Shown here: positions 36,740 through 48,266 of the stretch, in pieces
Numbering within the stretch: position 1 is the first letter of the stretch
Layout: each line of letters opens with the position of its first letter
Assembly (NCBI RefSeq): GCF_000143415.4
Contig: NW_003314280.1
Location: 2,215,549-2,279,548 of the forward strand
DNA length: 64,000 bases
Source of the DNA: Selaginella moellendorffii
Lineage: Eukaryota; Plantae; Lycopodiophyta
Reading direction: 5' to 3'
Translations under genes and position numbers: made by a program
Notes under the pieces: model-generated
The model's input: the letters and a program-made list of their open reading frames with translations, nothing else
What the model was told of the DNA's origin: nothing
Databases searched by the model: none

Positions 36740-37588
36740 AACTGGTAGGTGAAAGTGGTCACACTGCTTGCTCACTCGCTTGCTCTATTTGACGGAAGTG
36801 AGGAGCCACAATCTTTTGTATGAAGTCAAGTGCCCCGACTCTCCTTGTAAGTTCTCCCACTGCATCAAAACACACATTTTTCTCCACTACAACAAAGAAA
36901 AAAAAATTCACCTCAGCATAGGAAGCAGAGATAATCTTCCATTCAGCAGCCTCCACCAACCTATGCTTCAAAACAGTGTGTCCCAGAAGATCTCCTATAA
37001 CAAACACACAAAACGAATCACAAAAAGAAAAAACATCCTAAGAGCTTTGAGTACTGACGTGTTCCGAGCAAAATGGCTCGGCCGGTTGACCTCGATCACA
37101 ACTTTACCGCCCTTCATGGCAAAATCCAGAGAGTAATCCGCATCAACGTACTCGGGGATCCACTGCCTTCCAGTGCACACCAAGAACCTCTCGGTATCCT
37201 TTTGCAAGAAAGAAGTGGACTTGCGAGAGCTTCTCTCCTTTTCCCAGCTTCTCTATCCTGCCAAGCTGCAAATGCTTCCCTTCCCACTTGAAGGCCAGAA
37301 CAACCTGGTATAGCTTGGGGTTGGCCGAGAACAGCATACGACCACGCGATGCTCGAGAGCTGCTCGATCGATAGCTTCCCGGGGAAAGATTCTTCTTGGA
37401 ACTGTTCTTCACCGAGCTCCAGAGAACCTTGTTCTTGCTGAAGAGCCGATGAGTCCAGGACAGAATCCAGAGGTTGAGCCATGACCCGAACGACCAAAGA
37501 AGCTGGGCCAGTTCCTGTGCTCGAAACTCCTTGGGAACTCCGCTCGCAGCGTCCATGAGCTTCTCAAAGAGTGCGGGCGAGCTGTGCT
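36740..37588 (-). pseudogene. Inverted RAP 3'-half copy
   Basis: Reverse complement of ~39537-40508 with deletions (FRAQELAQLLWSF, WIPEYVDADYSLDFAMKGGK). Confidence 0.9.
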
Positions 37589-37639
37589 AAGCTCTTCCGC
37601 CGCCTTCAGAGGCACTGATATTGGGTCAAAGAAGCCCTC

Positions 37640-37835
37640 ACATCCAAAGGGATATGGGGAGAGGTGTAAGTTCCTCCACGCTGTTACCACCGTCACCGGG
37701 TTGGCGCTCGTCACCACGCTCAAAGAGCACGAGAGCATCACGGGAATAGCTATGGTTCCAGACTCGGCAGTGCTCTTCACTGGTTCTACCGATGGAACTC
37801 TCAGGGCCTGATTGCGACTCAGGGACCGTGTCAGA
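37640..37835 (+). pseudogene. Fragment of a CCCH zinc finger/WD40 (ZFWD-type) gene
   Basis: YGERCKFLH...TTLKEHESITGIAMVPDSAVLFTGSTDGTLRA, followed by a frameshifted DCDSG. Confidence 0.65.
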
Positions 37836-38405
37836 TTACTCTGAGGCTAGAGGACAAACTTCGTCTCCTATCTCTGTCACGCGTATATGAGGCGGGACTC
37901 CTTGGATCAGTCGTACATGGCTGGACTCTGAAGTCTAGAGGATTCATGCGTAGGGGAACGACTTGGTACGAGATCAAATCTGATCAAAGCAATGCAAGTC
38001 AAGAAGATTAACGTGACAATGCATGAAACGAACAAGTGGGTAAGAATTATAAAGTGGCACTTTAATAAAACGAGTGCTTGAAACGAGAAGATCAAGTCCG
38101 AGGTACGTGAAAGTATGGCGGATGAGATCCTATTCTTTATTCTAGGAACGAAAAGGTGATGAACGAGAGGACACACGACAAAAAAACCATGCAGTTCTTC
38201 CAAGAAAAAATCGAAAAGATTTACTATGAAAACTCGACGTAGAGAAACTGGGACTTCCCCGTGGCATTCGAAGGATCGTGGAATCCATCGAATGATCGGT
38301 AGCGCTCAACTAAAAAATCGCCCATTCTTTCTGATTGATTGGCTCGTTTGTCTAGCGAAAAAATCTTCTCGTGTTAGATGTGTTACCCAGCCCTAAGTGC
38401 TAGCG

Positions 38406-40487
38406 ATGGAGCTCCTACATTCCTCGGCGCTGTGCGTAGCGCGCTTCCATCGCTGCTCTGGCGGCAGGAGCCAGGATTTTGGATTCTTCCAGCAGCGGCA
38501 GCGATCGCAGGTGAGGCAATTTCCCTGGTTGGCTGCGAATGCCGCGGCGCCATCGCGTCCGGCGCCAGTGAAGCCGGATTTCTTTGACAACGATGACTCG
38601 GAGGAGGACGAGGAGGATCAGAGGCAGCGGCGCAAGGCGGGGGAGCTGGATTGGGCGACTAGAGCTCGGGAGCTTGCGATTCAGGATATGAGCTTCCGGA
38701 ACTTCACCGACGAGGATTTCCAGGCCCTACTGCCCCCGCATTTGCGAATCTCCAAGAAGAAGGCCAAGAAGAAGAAGAAGACCAGGGCCAAGCAGGAAGG
38801 TGCGGAGGCTGCACTGCAGCTGGAGGAATCGCGCAGCGCGATTAAGACCAAAAAGAAGAAAGACAAGGACGATGATGCGAGCAGCCTCCAGGCTGCGAAT
38901 GACACCACTCCGGTCGATCCAAAGAAGCTCAAAGCGCTGGCCAAGAGGTTTAACGCTCACAGGGAGCGCTACATGAACATCGAGCAAAGCTACAGCGACA
39001 GCGAAGGTGACGAGGGCGAAGAGGAGCTCACGACCGAGTTGACAGTGGTTTATGGGGAGCGTCGAGAGGAAGGAGGTGGTGAAGAGTCGGATGATGGCGA
39101 GGAGCTTCCAGCGGCCTTGAAAGATCCAAGGCTGCTGGAAATTCGTCTCAACCAGGACTTGGTCGACTCGAGGGACGTGGAAGAAGTTTTGGAGACGATC
39201 GAGAGAGTGAAAGGAAGGTTTCGATTGAGCTCCATCAACGTCGCCACTGCTCTTCACAGGATCGCCAAGCATATGGTGACGCTGTCCATGTCCGAGACGA
39301 GAAGGCTCAAGTACGCCAGGCAGTGTGATGTGGCCGAGCTCGTTGCTTCGGCTATGGAGCTTCTTCCGGAATGCAACGCACAGGGCGTCTCCAATATTGC
39401 CTGGGCCATCTCCAAGATTGGAGGCCACCTTCTTTACCGGGGAGAGATGGAGATAATCGCTCGAGCAGCACTGGCAAAGGTTGACGAGTTCAATCCCCAG
39501 AACATTGCCAACGTAGCCGGAGCGTTTGCTTCCATGCAGCACAGCTCGCCCGCACTCTTTGAGAAGCTCATGGACGCTGCGAGTAGAGTTCCCAAGGAGT
39601 TTCGAGCACAGGAACTGGCCCAGCTTCTTTGGTCTTTCGCGTGCATGGCTCAGCCTCTGGATTCTTTTCTGGACTCGTTGGACGCGGCTCTTCAGCAAGA
39701 ACAAGGTTCTCTGGAGCTCGGTGAAGAACAGTTCCAGGAAGAATCTTTCCCCGGGAAGCTATCGATCGAGCAGCTCTCGAGTATCGCGTGGTCTTATGCT
39801 GTTCTCGGCCAACTCCAGCGTCCATTCTTCGCTCACGTTTGCAAGGAGATACTCGCGTTTGAGCAGGACGCGTCCCTGGGACAGCACAAGCATATGTTGC
39901 AGCTGACACAGCTATACCAGGTTGTTCTGGCCTTGAAGTGGGAAGGGAATCATTTGGAGCTGGCTCTTGGTGACAGGATAGAGAAGCTGGCTGCAGGTGC
40001 CTGGGAAAAGGAGAGAAGCTCTCGCAAGTCCACCTCTTTCTTGCAAAAGGATATCGAGAGGTTCTTGGTGTGCACTGGAAGGCAGTGGATCCCCGAGTAC
40101 GTTGATGCGGATTACTCTCTGGATTTTGCCATGAAGGGCGGTAAAGTTGCGATCGAGGTCAACGGGCCGAGCCATTTTGCCCGGAACACAGGTCAGTAAG
40201 CTCCTAGAATGTTTTTTCTTTTTGTGATTCGTTTTGTGTGTTTGTTACAGGAGATCTTCTGGGACACACTGTATTGAAGCATAGATTGCTGGAGGCTGCT
40301 GGATGGAAGATTATCTCTGCTTCCTATGCTGAGGTGAAGTTTTTTTTCTTTGTTCTAGTGGAGAAAAATGTGTGTTTTGATGCAGTGGGAGAACTTACAA
40401 GGAGAGTCGGAGCACGTTGACTTCATACAAAAGCTTGTGGCTCCTCACATCCGTCAAATAGAGCAAGCGAATGAGCGAGCAGTGTGA
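38406..40487 (+). CDS. RAP: RAP-domain/octotricopeptide-repeat protein, chloroplast (16S rRNA maturation factor homolog)
   Basis: Exons 38406-40191, 40251-40333, 40386-40487. Motifs NVATALHRIAK, ECNAQGVSNIAWA, FNPQNIANVAGAFASMQH, IEVNGPSHFARNTG, LGHTVLKHR. Confidence 0.9.
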
Positions 40488-40819
40488 CCTCTTTCACCTA
40501 CCAGTTTCGGGTCAAAACTTGTGAATGAACGGTCGGCCGGCTTGTGGTAAGCTATGGCGGAAGAAGAGAGAGAAGAGGAGCCACTCGGCTTGTCTGTGAT
40601 CGTAAAGAAAGGACGGTAACATTGGTTGAATCGTCGGAGCCACAGACAGCGCGATCAAACAGCTGTTTAGCGAGAGTAAGCTAGAAGCACTAGTATCCTC
40701 TGCTTTTTTTGTGTAGGGTTATCAGTGCATGCTTCTACTTGCTTAAATTCGCCTCTCCTGCATTGATATAACGCACCCAGATCTTCGCTTTTGCAGCAGC
40801 AGCAGCGAGAAAGAGCAAA

Positions 40820-42702
40820 ATGGCGGCTTGCGGCACTCGTCTTCTTCCAAAGTCCTCCTTCCTGTCTTCGGCCAATTCGTCCTCCTTTCTGGGTGGTTCG
40901 TCGGTTCCTTGCGCCTCTTCTCCTTCCTCGTCATCGTCCAAGCTCGGCAGCAGCAGGTGCATCAAGGTCCGAGCCGTCGTTGCATCGCCCACTAAAGTTC
41001 ATGCGGAGCCGGCCACCAAGATCAAGTCGATCAAGGCAAGGCAGATAATTGACAGCCGAGGCAACCCAACAGTGGAAGTGGATCTGGTGACTGACCGGGT
41101 GTATAGATCAGCAGTTCCCAGCGGGGCCTCCACCGGAATCTACGAGGCTCTTGAGCTCAGAGATGGTGATAAGACCGTCTTTGGAGGCAAGGGAGTGCTC
41201 CAAGCTATTGCCAACATCAACGATGTCATCGCACCAAAGCTCGTTGGCGTGGATACCAGGTAGCTTTTTTTCTAAAAGCTTACATTTTTTTCTTTGTTCT
41301 CCTGCCAATCAACTTATGTGCGAGCTTTCAGGAACCAGAAGGATGTGGACAACATTATGCTGGAGCTGGATGGGACGCCAAACAAGTCGAAGCTTGGAGC
41401 GAATGCCATACTTGGTGTCTCCCTGAGCGTGTGCCGAGCCGGGGCCGGAGCTAATGGCGTTCCTCTCTACAAGCACATTCAGTCCATTGCTGGGATCAAG
41501 GAACTAGTCATGCCAGTTCCTGCTTTGAACGTTATCAACGGCGGCAGCCATGCAGGAAACAAGCTTGCAATGCAGGAGTTTATGATCCTCCCGGTTGGTG
41601 CTAGCTCGTTTGCCGAGGCCATGCAGATGGGATGTGAAGGTTCGTTTCTTCGTTTCTCTTGATTTTACAGGAACTTTTGTTTGTGTTTCAGTTTACCAGG
41701 TTCTGAAGGGAATCATAAAGAAAAAGTACGGCCAAGACGCATGCAATGTTGGTGACGAGGGAGGTTTCGCTCCAAACATTCAAGACAACAGAGAAGGTCT
41801 TGTTCTTCTGGTTGACGCCATTGAAAAGGCGGGATACACTGGCAAGGTCCGTATACGTAAGACTGTTTCTCAACGTCTTTTACATGTTTTCATTTCAGGT
41901 GAAGCTGGGTATGGATGTCGCTGCATCCGAGTTCTATAAGTCTGGAAAGTACGACCTGGACTTTAAAGACCAGTCCAGCAGTGGAAAGAACATATACACG
42001 GGCGAGGAGCTGGGAAATCTTTACATGGAGTTCGTGAGGGACTTCCCGATTGTGTCCATTGAGGATCCGTTCGATCAGGACGACTGGAGCTCGTGGAAGA
42101 ACTTGCAGTCTCAGTGCGACGTCCAGCTCGTCGGAGATGATTTACTGGTGACGAATCCCAAGCGGATAGCCGAGGGAATCAGCAAGAACGCTTGCAACGC
42201 ATTGTTGCTAAAGGTAAGCACGGTGTCGCCTTCCATCATTTCTCATGGAATCGAATCCTTTTTTTTTTCTTTTCTTTCGCTTTTTGCAGGTGAATCAGGT
42301 CGGCTCCGTGACTGAATCCATCCAAGCAGCTTTGGATTCAAAAGCTGCTGGATGGGGTGTTATGGTGAGCCACAGAAGTGGAGAGACCGAGGACACATTT
42401 ATTGCGGACCTGGCTGTTGGACTCGCTAGTGGACAGGTACCAATTCTTCGACTTTTTAAAGTTTGCTTGTAGAATAGCTCTTTTTGTCTTGATTCGCTTC
42501 GATCCTTTTCTCATCGTTTCATGTTCTCGTTTCAGATCAAAACAGGAGCTCCGTGCAGGAGCGAGCGCCTTGCAAAGTATAATCAGGTAAGGTTGAAAGC
42601 TTTTTGGTCTGAGATTTGAATATTTGCTACGAGCAGTTGCTGCGCATCGAGGAAGAGCTTGGAAGCGTTTGCTACGCAGGAGAGAACTTCAGGAAACCAT
42701 GA
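40820..42702 (+). CDS. ENO1: Enolase, plastid-targeted (multi-exon)
   Basis: Ser-rich transit peptide, [75 protein letters not shown]. Confidence 0.95.
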
Positions 42703-45654
42703 CCGAGGCCAGGACTTTCTTTTTGTCCGACGGCGAGCTAAGAAACTTTTCCTGCTATGAAAATAAACCATGCAACTTGCGAGACTTGCAAAACCATGGA
42801 GTGCTTTGCGTGTCTTGACTTCTCGCCTTCGAAATAATTGTTCCAGGCAAGGAATTTGGATCGTCCTTGGGAACAGCATTGGATCTCTCGTACAGACTGT
42901 GTACGGAGAGAACTTTTGATTCTCGTCCAATTCTCGTCCCAAGGTAGGATGACCAACGAATTTGGTGGGCCAAAACTTTTCTTTCTTTTCGCAACCAAAC
43001 GTTTCACGGAGCGATGGGTATTTTTTTGGGAGGCACACGTCTTGGGAGGCATTGTTTATCTCCATAACAAGATCTCTCTCTCAAGTCAGCCTTGCGAGGA
43101 ATTCTTTTTCAGCCTCATAATTTCTACAAATGAATCACGACTTTGTGTACTCCTTGAGTTCTGCGCCTGAGCTAACAATCTGATACGATGTAGTACTCCA
43201 TTTTCTTTTCTTTTGGTACGGCAACGTTGAAACACAGTGAATGCCGCGAAAGTTTTTGTTATAGTGGCAGCAGCAGCGTTTATAGTATGTACTTCAGGAT
43301 TGTGACCACCAGATTGACGAAGAAGAAGAAGATCATCGTTGATGTGGAGATATCGTGAAGGATTGAATCAAGCATAAGCGGTTTGAATGCATGCGTCCCG
43401 AGGCCTTTGAGGCGTAAAAGAGATCAAAAGGAGAAGGGTCACTTTCGCTTCTGGGTATTGCTGGTCTGTGTGCGAGTTGAGTTTTGACAGTGAGGCTTGT
43501 GTAAGTAAGAACAGTCTATACCTGCATTCATTTCCGAAACATGGGTTTGGTAAGGAAGGATCAAACACAGTTCTGCAACAAGATCGTACAATTAAGAACA
43601 AAAAAAATTTCAAAAAAAAACTCGCAAAGCTGCACAAGAAAAGATAAAGAGCAGAAAAGAATTCTGAAACGGCAACAAACAGACAAGCGAGAACAAGCAA
43701 CACGAAAGCAGCGTACAAATGATATTCTTCAAGGTTGGTGGCGCAAAGTGAATTCATGAAAATGAAACGAAGGGTGGTGGTGGTGAAATGTGAGTGAGTG
43801 TTCAAAGCAACATGCACCGCGGAAGAACATGAGAGAGTTTGCTCGTCCGTCAATATCGACATCGCCCTCTTCCTTTCTTTGGCTCGAAGGAGAGAATTCT
43901 ACCACTGAAAGGGGAGGAAAACCAACCAGACGACGCAAAACAAGGTGGTGGCGCTAACTACCTCTGCTGCAACCGCAAAACAAGAAAAGACTAAAAAAAA
44001 GAAAAAAAAATGCTTGTCAAATTTCTTGTTTTTCACTGGGACCTTCCAACAAAACTTTCCAGTCCAGCAAAGAAAGACAGTTTGTTTGGAGCTGCTGCCA
44101 CGCTGCTACTGCTGCACTCTGCAATCTGCAACTAAGTGCAGAAGCTGATCAGCATCAGCTCCTGCCTGCCTCCTGCCTGCTGCTGCTGCTGCTTGCTTGC
44201 TTTCTTGCTTCTGTTGGATGGATGATTTAAACTGGTGAAAATGAAAACTTGAGAAGTGGGAGGCATTGAAAGCAACAGCAACGCGAGGCCTTTGTGTTTC
44301 TGGGGGAGGGGTTTCGCTGGCGCATCCACCGGTCCATCGGAAATCAAATCGAAACGATCACAGTTTCTTCAACCAATCTTTCCAAGAAAGGAACTCGCGT
44401 ACGGAAAAGAGCGGGAAAAGCCGCCGGATAAACCCTAAACCTCGCGCGGGAAGAGAAAGATCTGCAGATGCCGCCTTAATGGGCGATCGTAACGTGAGGA
44501 GAGATCGCATCGCAGTGAAGGTAAGATGGTTTTAGTGTAGATTAAGAAGAGGAAGAAGAAGAAGAAGAGAGATCGAGAATAGAAGGGACGAATCAGATGG
44601 GTTGCGAATGAATGCGAGCGTTAGAGCGGCCCAATGGGAGGCAAGTTTTTCCTGGCAGGCAGGCCAAGAAGGCATACTGGCGTTCTCTCGCTGTGTTCTT
44701 CTGGTATGCGTGTTCTTGCTGCTTATAAAGGATGGGAAGGTCAAAAACTTTAGATTTATTTTTCTCCCTTGAGTCGAAGCGAGCAGCCAAGGTCAAGAAG
44801 ACTCAAGAACAGCTTTTTCTGCTCTGCTCAGTGTGGGAAGCTTTTTTTTTTTCCCGTGTGTTTTCTTTCGTGCCCGGTTTGTTTTTTTCCTCTTGGTGCC
44901 TGGAGTTTTGGTTCCCTCTTTATCCGTGCTGCTGCGCCTCTGGCTGGGCTGGCTGGCTTTAAATTTTTGTTTCTCTCTTTTTCCACCCTTGCATTTTTCC
45001 CCAGGTAGCTATGCGTAGTTAATGGCTTTAGCTACAGGTTGAAAGAATCATGGAAGCAAACTTCTTCGTTTCGTCCTCGTGAGAGAGAAAGCGAGAGAGA
45101 GAGAGGGACGAATCGAGACTCGAGTCGAACAAGCTGAGCTTAGTTCTTCGGTCCCTCCGTGTCGGCTGCTGGACGAGCATGTCCCAGGAGTGGGCGGTGG
45201 AGGGGAAGGAGTAAAGATATTGTGAAGATTCAGTGAGAAGGAAGAAGAGTAGGGAGATACCTCGTCGGGCGCTTTCCAGCGTTTTGGAGAGGGATTTCCA
45301 GCAGGATCATCCGTAGAGCTCCAGCTGACGAGATTAAACTCCGGCTCACCAGTCGCCTTGACAGGTAAAACAACTTTCTGGTTCTTTTCTCTTGCTTCGC
45401 TCTGCCTCTTTTCTTTTTTTCTCTTTCCTACTTAGAGGGTGGTGGTGGTGTGCAGCTTGTGACGCTTCACAAGGTGGGAGAGAAGAGAACGGTGGCACGA
45501 AGAAGAGGCAAAGCAGCGTTTTGCTACTAGGCGTGGTGACTTGCGTAGTTGGCAAGGCTGGCTGATAAACAAAGAGGAAAAAATTGGCACCAAAGTACAA
45601 GTGGTCGGGGGCGGGGAGGAGTTTCGCGAGTGTTTTGTGGGATATGATTGTCGA

Positions 45655-47796
45655 ATGGCGAGGATGAAGAAGGATGTCTGCACTGGCACCAGCAGTAGCA
45701 GTAGCAATAGCAGCAGCGGCAGAAGTAGCAGCAGTTTCAGTCACAGCGGCAGAAGTATCATCAAGAACAACACGAGCAAGAGTTGCAAGGATGTCCCGCA
45801 CCACCAGGGGCAGCAGCAAGGAGAAGACGGGGGGGTGGAGGAAGATCAGCAGGAGCAGCAGCCATTCTCGTTTCCCAGGCTATTCAAGATCGAGGACGAA
45901 GACGAGGACGATCCAGTGACGAAGAAGGGAATGTACATCGACATGGATATCGCCTTGCCGTGCGCGTGGGAGAGCATGAAGCGCCAGGGGTCGTCAAAGT
46001 CCTCGTCGGTGGACTCGCAGGAGTTTGATTTCGGCAAGTGCTTGCGGGGCTTGGATCCCGCGGTTGACACTCCGGCCGACGAGCTCTTCTACAAGGGACA
46101 GCTTCTTCCACTCCATCGCAAACTCAGGGACGAGGACGAGGACGCGGAGGATGTGGATGACGAACAGGACGACGAAGAACAATCTATGGTGAGAGAGGAG
46201 GACGCCAAGGCGGATTCTTTCTCGTTCAAGGCCCAAGGTGGTCTTTTGAAAGACTTGGGATGCTTGAGCCCGGACAGGTTCCCGACGCGCGAGGAGGCCA
46301 CCGCTTGCGGCCTGATCGATTCCAGAAGCTCCAGCTTCCGCTCCAGCAGCAGCTACTGGGATTCCGGGGACAAGGACAGCGGCGACAGCAGTAGCAGCTG
46401 CCGTGACTCCAACGGGAGTTCTCAAGACTCTTGCTTCGAAGCTCCGGCACAAGGTACGAGTTCTACTGCCGCTGCTGCTTCTTCTACTTGTATTAGCGGC
46501 GCTCCAGTCGTCCATCCAAAGAACGAGGAAGAGAAGAAGAAGCAGAGCAAGTTCTCGTCCTCGTCTCCCTTGAGTTGGAAGAGGAGTGCGTTCAAATGGA
46601 AGGTTCTGCTGGGAGGCGCCTCCTCGCCCTCCTCCAAGAGGGCCTCCCTGTCCGCCTCCTCGTCCTGCTCTTCCACCTCGTCGGCCTCGTCCGCCTCAAG
46701 AGGCGTCCACTTGAGCGACCGGAGGAGGAATCACTCCTTCACATACGGCTCCTCGGCATCAACGTCGTCGTCAAACTCGGGCCCGTTGCTCGGCTCGTTC
46801 TTCACGGGCAGTGACAGACCGAGGCAGCAGCAGCAGCAGCAGCAGTACAGGCACTCGGTGTTGTCCTCCTCGGCTGGGAAGAACTTGCAGCAACTGAGTT
46901 CCTCCTCGTCTCACCACAGCAGCTTTAGAGACGTGAGCAGCAGCAGCAGCAGTAGCGGTGGTGGCAATGCCGCATCGTCGAGCAAAGCCACCGAAGTCCT
47001 CCAAAAGTACTTGAAGTTCATCAAGGAGAAGGTCTCGTCCGCCAACAACACCATCCCCGCGGGCGGCTCGATCTCCACGCCGCCGTACTACCTCTACCCG
47101 TACTCGTCGTCGTCATCGTCGCAGAGGAAGCACGAGTGTGGAGCTTTCCTGCCAGCGTCGTCGTCGTCCTCGAGGGCAGGAACTCCGAGGCCGGGTGGTA
47201 GCGGTGGTGGCGGAGGTGGTGGCGGCGGAGGCGGCGCTCACCAGCGCTCTTTCGAAGAGTGGCGGGCCGCCATGACGTACTACGAGCAGCAGCGCGAGCA
47301 GCACGACAAGGAGCTCATTACGTGCCCGTCGTTCCTCCCGGGGAGCCTCCGGGTGTCGTCCTTCTCGTCCCGGAGATCTAGCACGCATGCCAGCTGCGTC
47401 ACCTCGTCGCGCTCCTCGCCAAACCACAGCGGCGTGCTCAAGCAGCAGTGCGTCGTGGATGGCGGTGGCGCTAGCGCTGCCGGTGGAAACGGTGGAAACG
47501 GTGGAAATGGTGGCAGCGCCAGCAGCAGCAGCAGCAGCACCGCCAGTGCCGGCAGCAGTGGCAGCAGCAGCATGAGCGACTTGCAGAGCGCTATCCAGGG
47601 CGCCATTGCTCACTGCAAAAAGTCTCAAACGTCCAGTACGCTGCTCCACCACCATCTTCGTCAATCCCACCACCACCAGAGCCAGCACCAATCCGGTCCT
47701 CTCCTGCTCGTGGAGCCAACCAGATCATCGCCACCCTCGTCTCAGACCCCCGCAGGAGCGATCGAGCAGCAAATCTTTCTCAAGCAAAACAGCTGA
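45655..47796 (+). CDS. BKI1/membrane-associated kinase regulator (MAKR) family protein, single exon, low-complexity
   Basis: PADELFYKGQLLPLH, LQKYLKFIK and SSMSDLQSAIQGAIAHCKKS. First in-frame ATG at 45655. Confidence 0.88.
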   Translation: MARMKKDVCTGTSSSSSNSSSGRSSSSFSHSGRSIIKNNTSKSCKDVPHHQGQQQGEDGGVEEDQQEQQPFSFPRLFKIEDEDEDDPVTKKGMYIDMDIALPCAWESMKRQGSSKSSSVDSQEFDFGKCLRGLDPAVDTPADELFYKGQLLPLHRKLRDEDEDAEDVDDEQDDEEQSMVREEDAKADSFSFKAQGGLLKDLGCLSPDRFPTREEATACGLIDSRSSSFRSSSSYWDSGDKDSGDSSSSCRDSNGSSQDSCFEAPAQGTSSTAAAASSTCISGAPVVHPKNEEEKKKQSKFSSSSPLSWKRSAFKWKVLLGGASSPSSKRASLSASSSCSSTSSASSASRGVHLSDRRRNHSFTYGSSASTSSSNSGPLLGSFFTGSDRPRQQQQQQQYRHSVLSSSAGKNLQQLSSSSSHHSSFRDVSSSSSSSGGGNAASSSKATEVLQKYLKFIKEKVSSANNTIPAGGSISTPPYYLYPYSSSSSSQRKHECGAFLPASSSSSRAGTPRPGGSGGGGGGGGGGGAHQRSFEEWRAAMTYYEQQREQHDKELITCPSFLPGSLRVSSFSSRRSSTHASCVTSSRSSPNHSGVLKQQCVVDGGGASAAGGNGGNGGNGGSASSSSSSTASAGSSGSSSMSDLQSAIQGAIAHCKKSQTSSTLLHHHLRQSHHHQSQHQSGPLLLVEPTRSSPPSSQTPAGAIEQQIFLKQNS

Positions 47797-48266
47797 CTAC
47801 ACGAAAAAAAAGAAAGAAATCTAGAAGATTTGTAGGTACGTACATATGAATGGGATGAATGAATATATTAAAGAGTCTGGCTATGGATCTTTTGTATATG
47901 GAGAAAAGCTGTGATTGTCTGAAGCTATATAGAAATAAAAAGCCCACCTTGGGAGACACTTAGATCGTTTGCTTTCTTTCGCTGGGTCCACTCCTCTCGC
48001 AGCACCAGACCACTTTGCTCATCACCTTCACCGTCATCGCCATCTTTCTAGCTGGCCGATGAATCAAAAGCTCTTCTGGCGAGGATCTGACACAAAGAAG
48101 ATGCACTAGAACAACCTCAGCACTTGTTATTTACACAGCAGCGCTCCAATTTGTCTCTCTCACTCAATCCTCTCTTGCTCTCTCTCTTTCTTTTCACTCC
48201 CTCGCTGGTACAAAATTGATGTACTAACCTCCCCGGTGTTTTTCCTCCGTGTTGTTTGTTTGCTTC

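Noticed and set aside
38727-39704. 325-aa antisense ORF within RAP (and similar ones in MAKR, phosphorylase and UreF)
   Set aside because: Shadow ORFs of GC-rich coding sequence with no recognisable motifs.
3128-47796. Brassinosteroid gene cluster (CYP90-like plus BKI1/MAKR)
   Set aside because: All P450 copies are truncated fragments and lie at least 9 kb from the MAKR gene; proximity alone is weak evidence.
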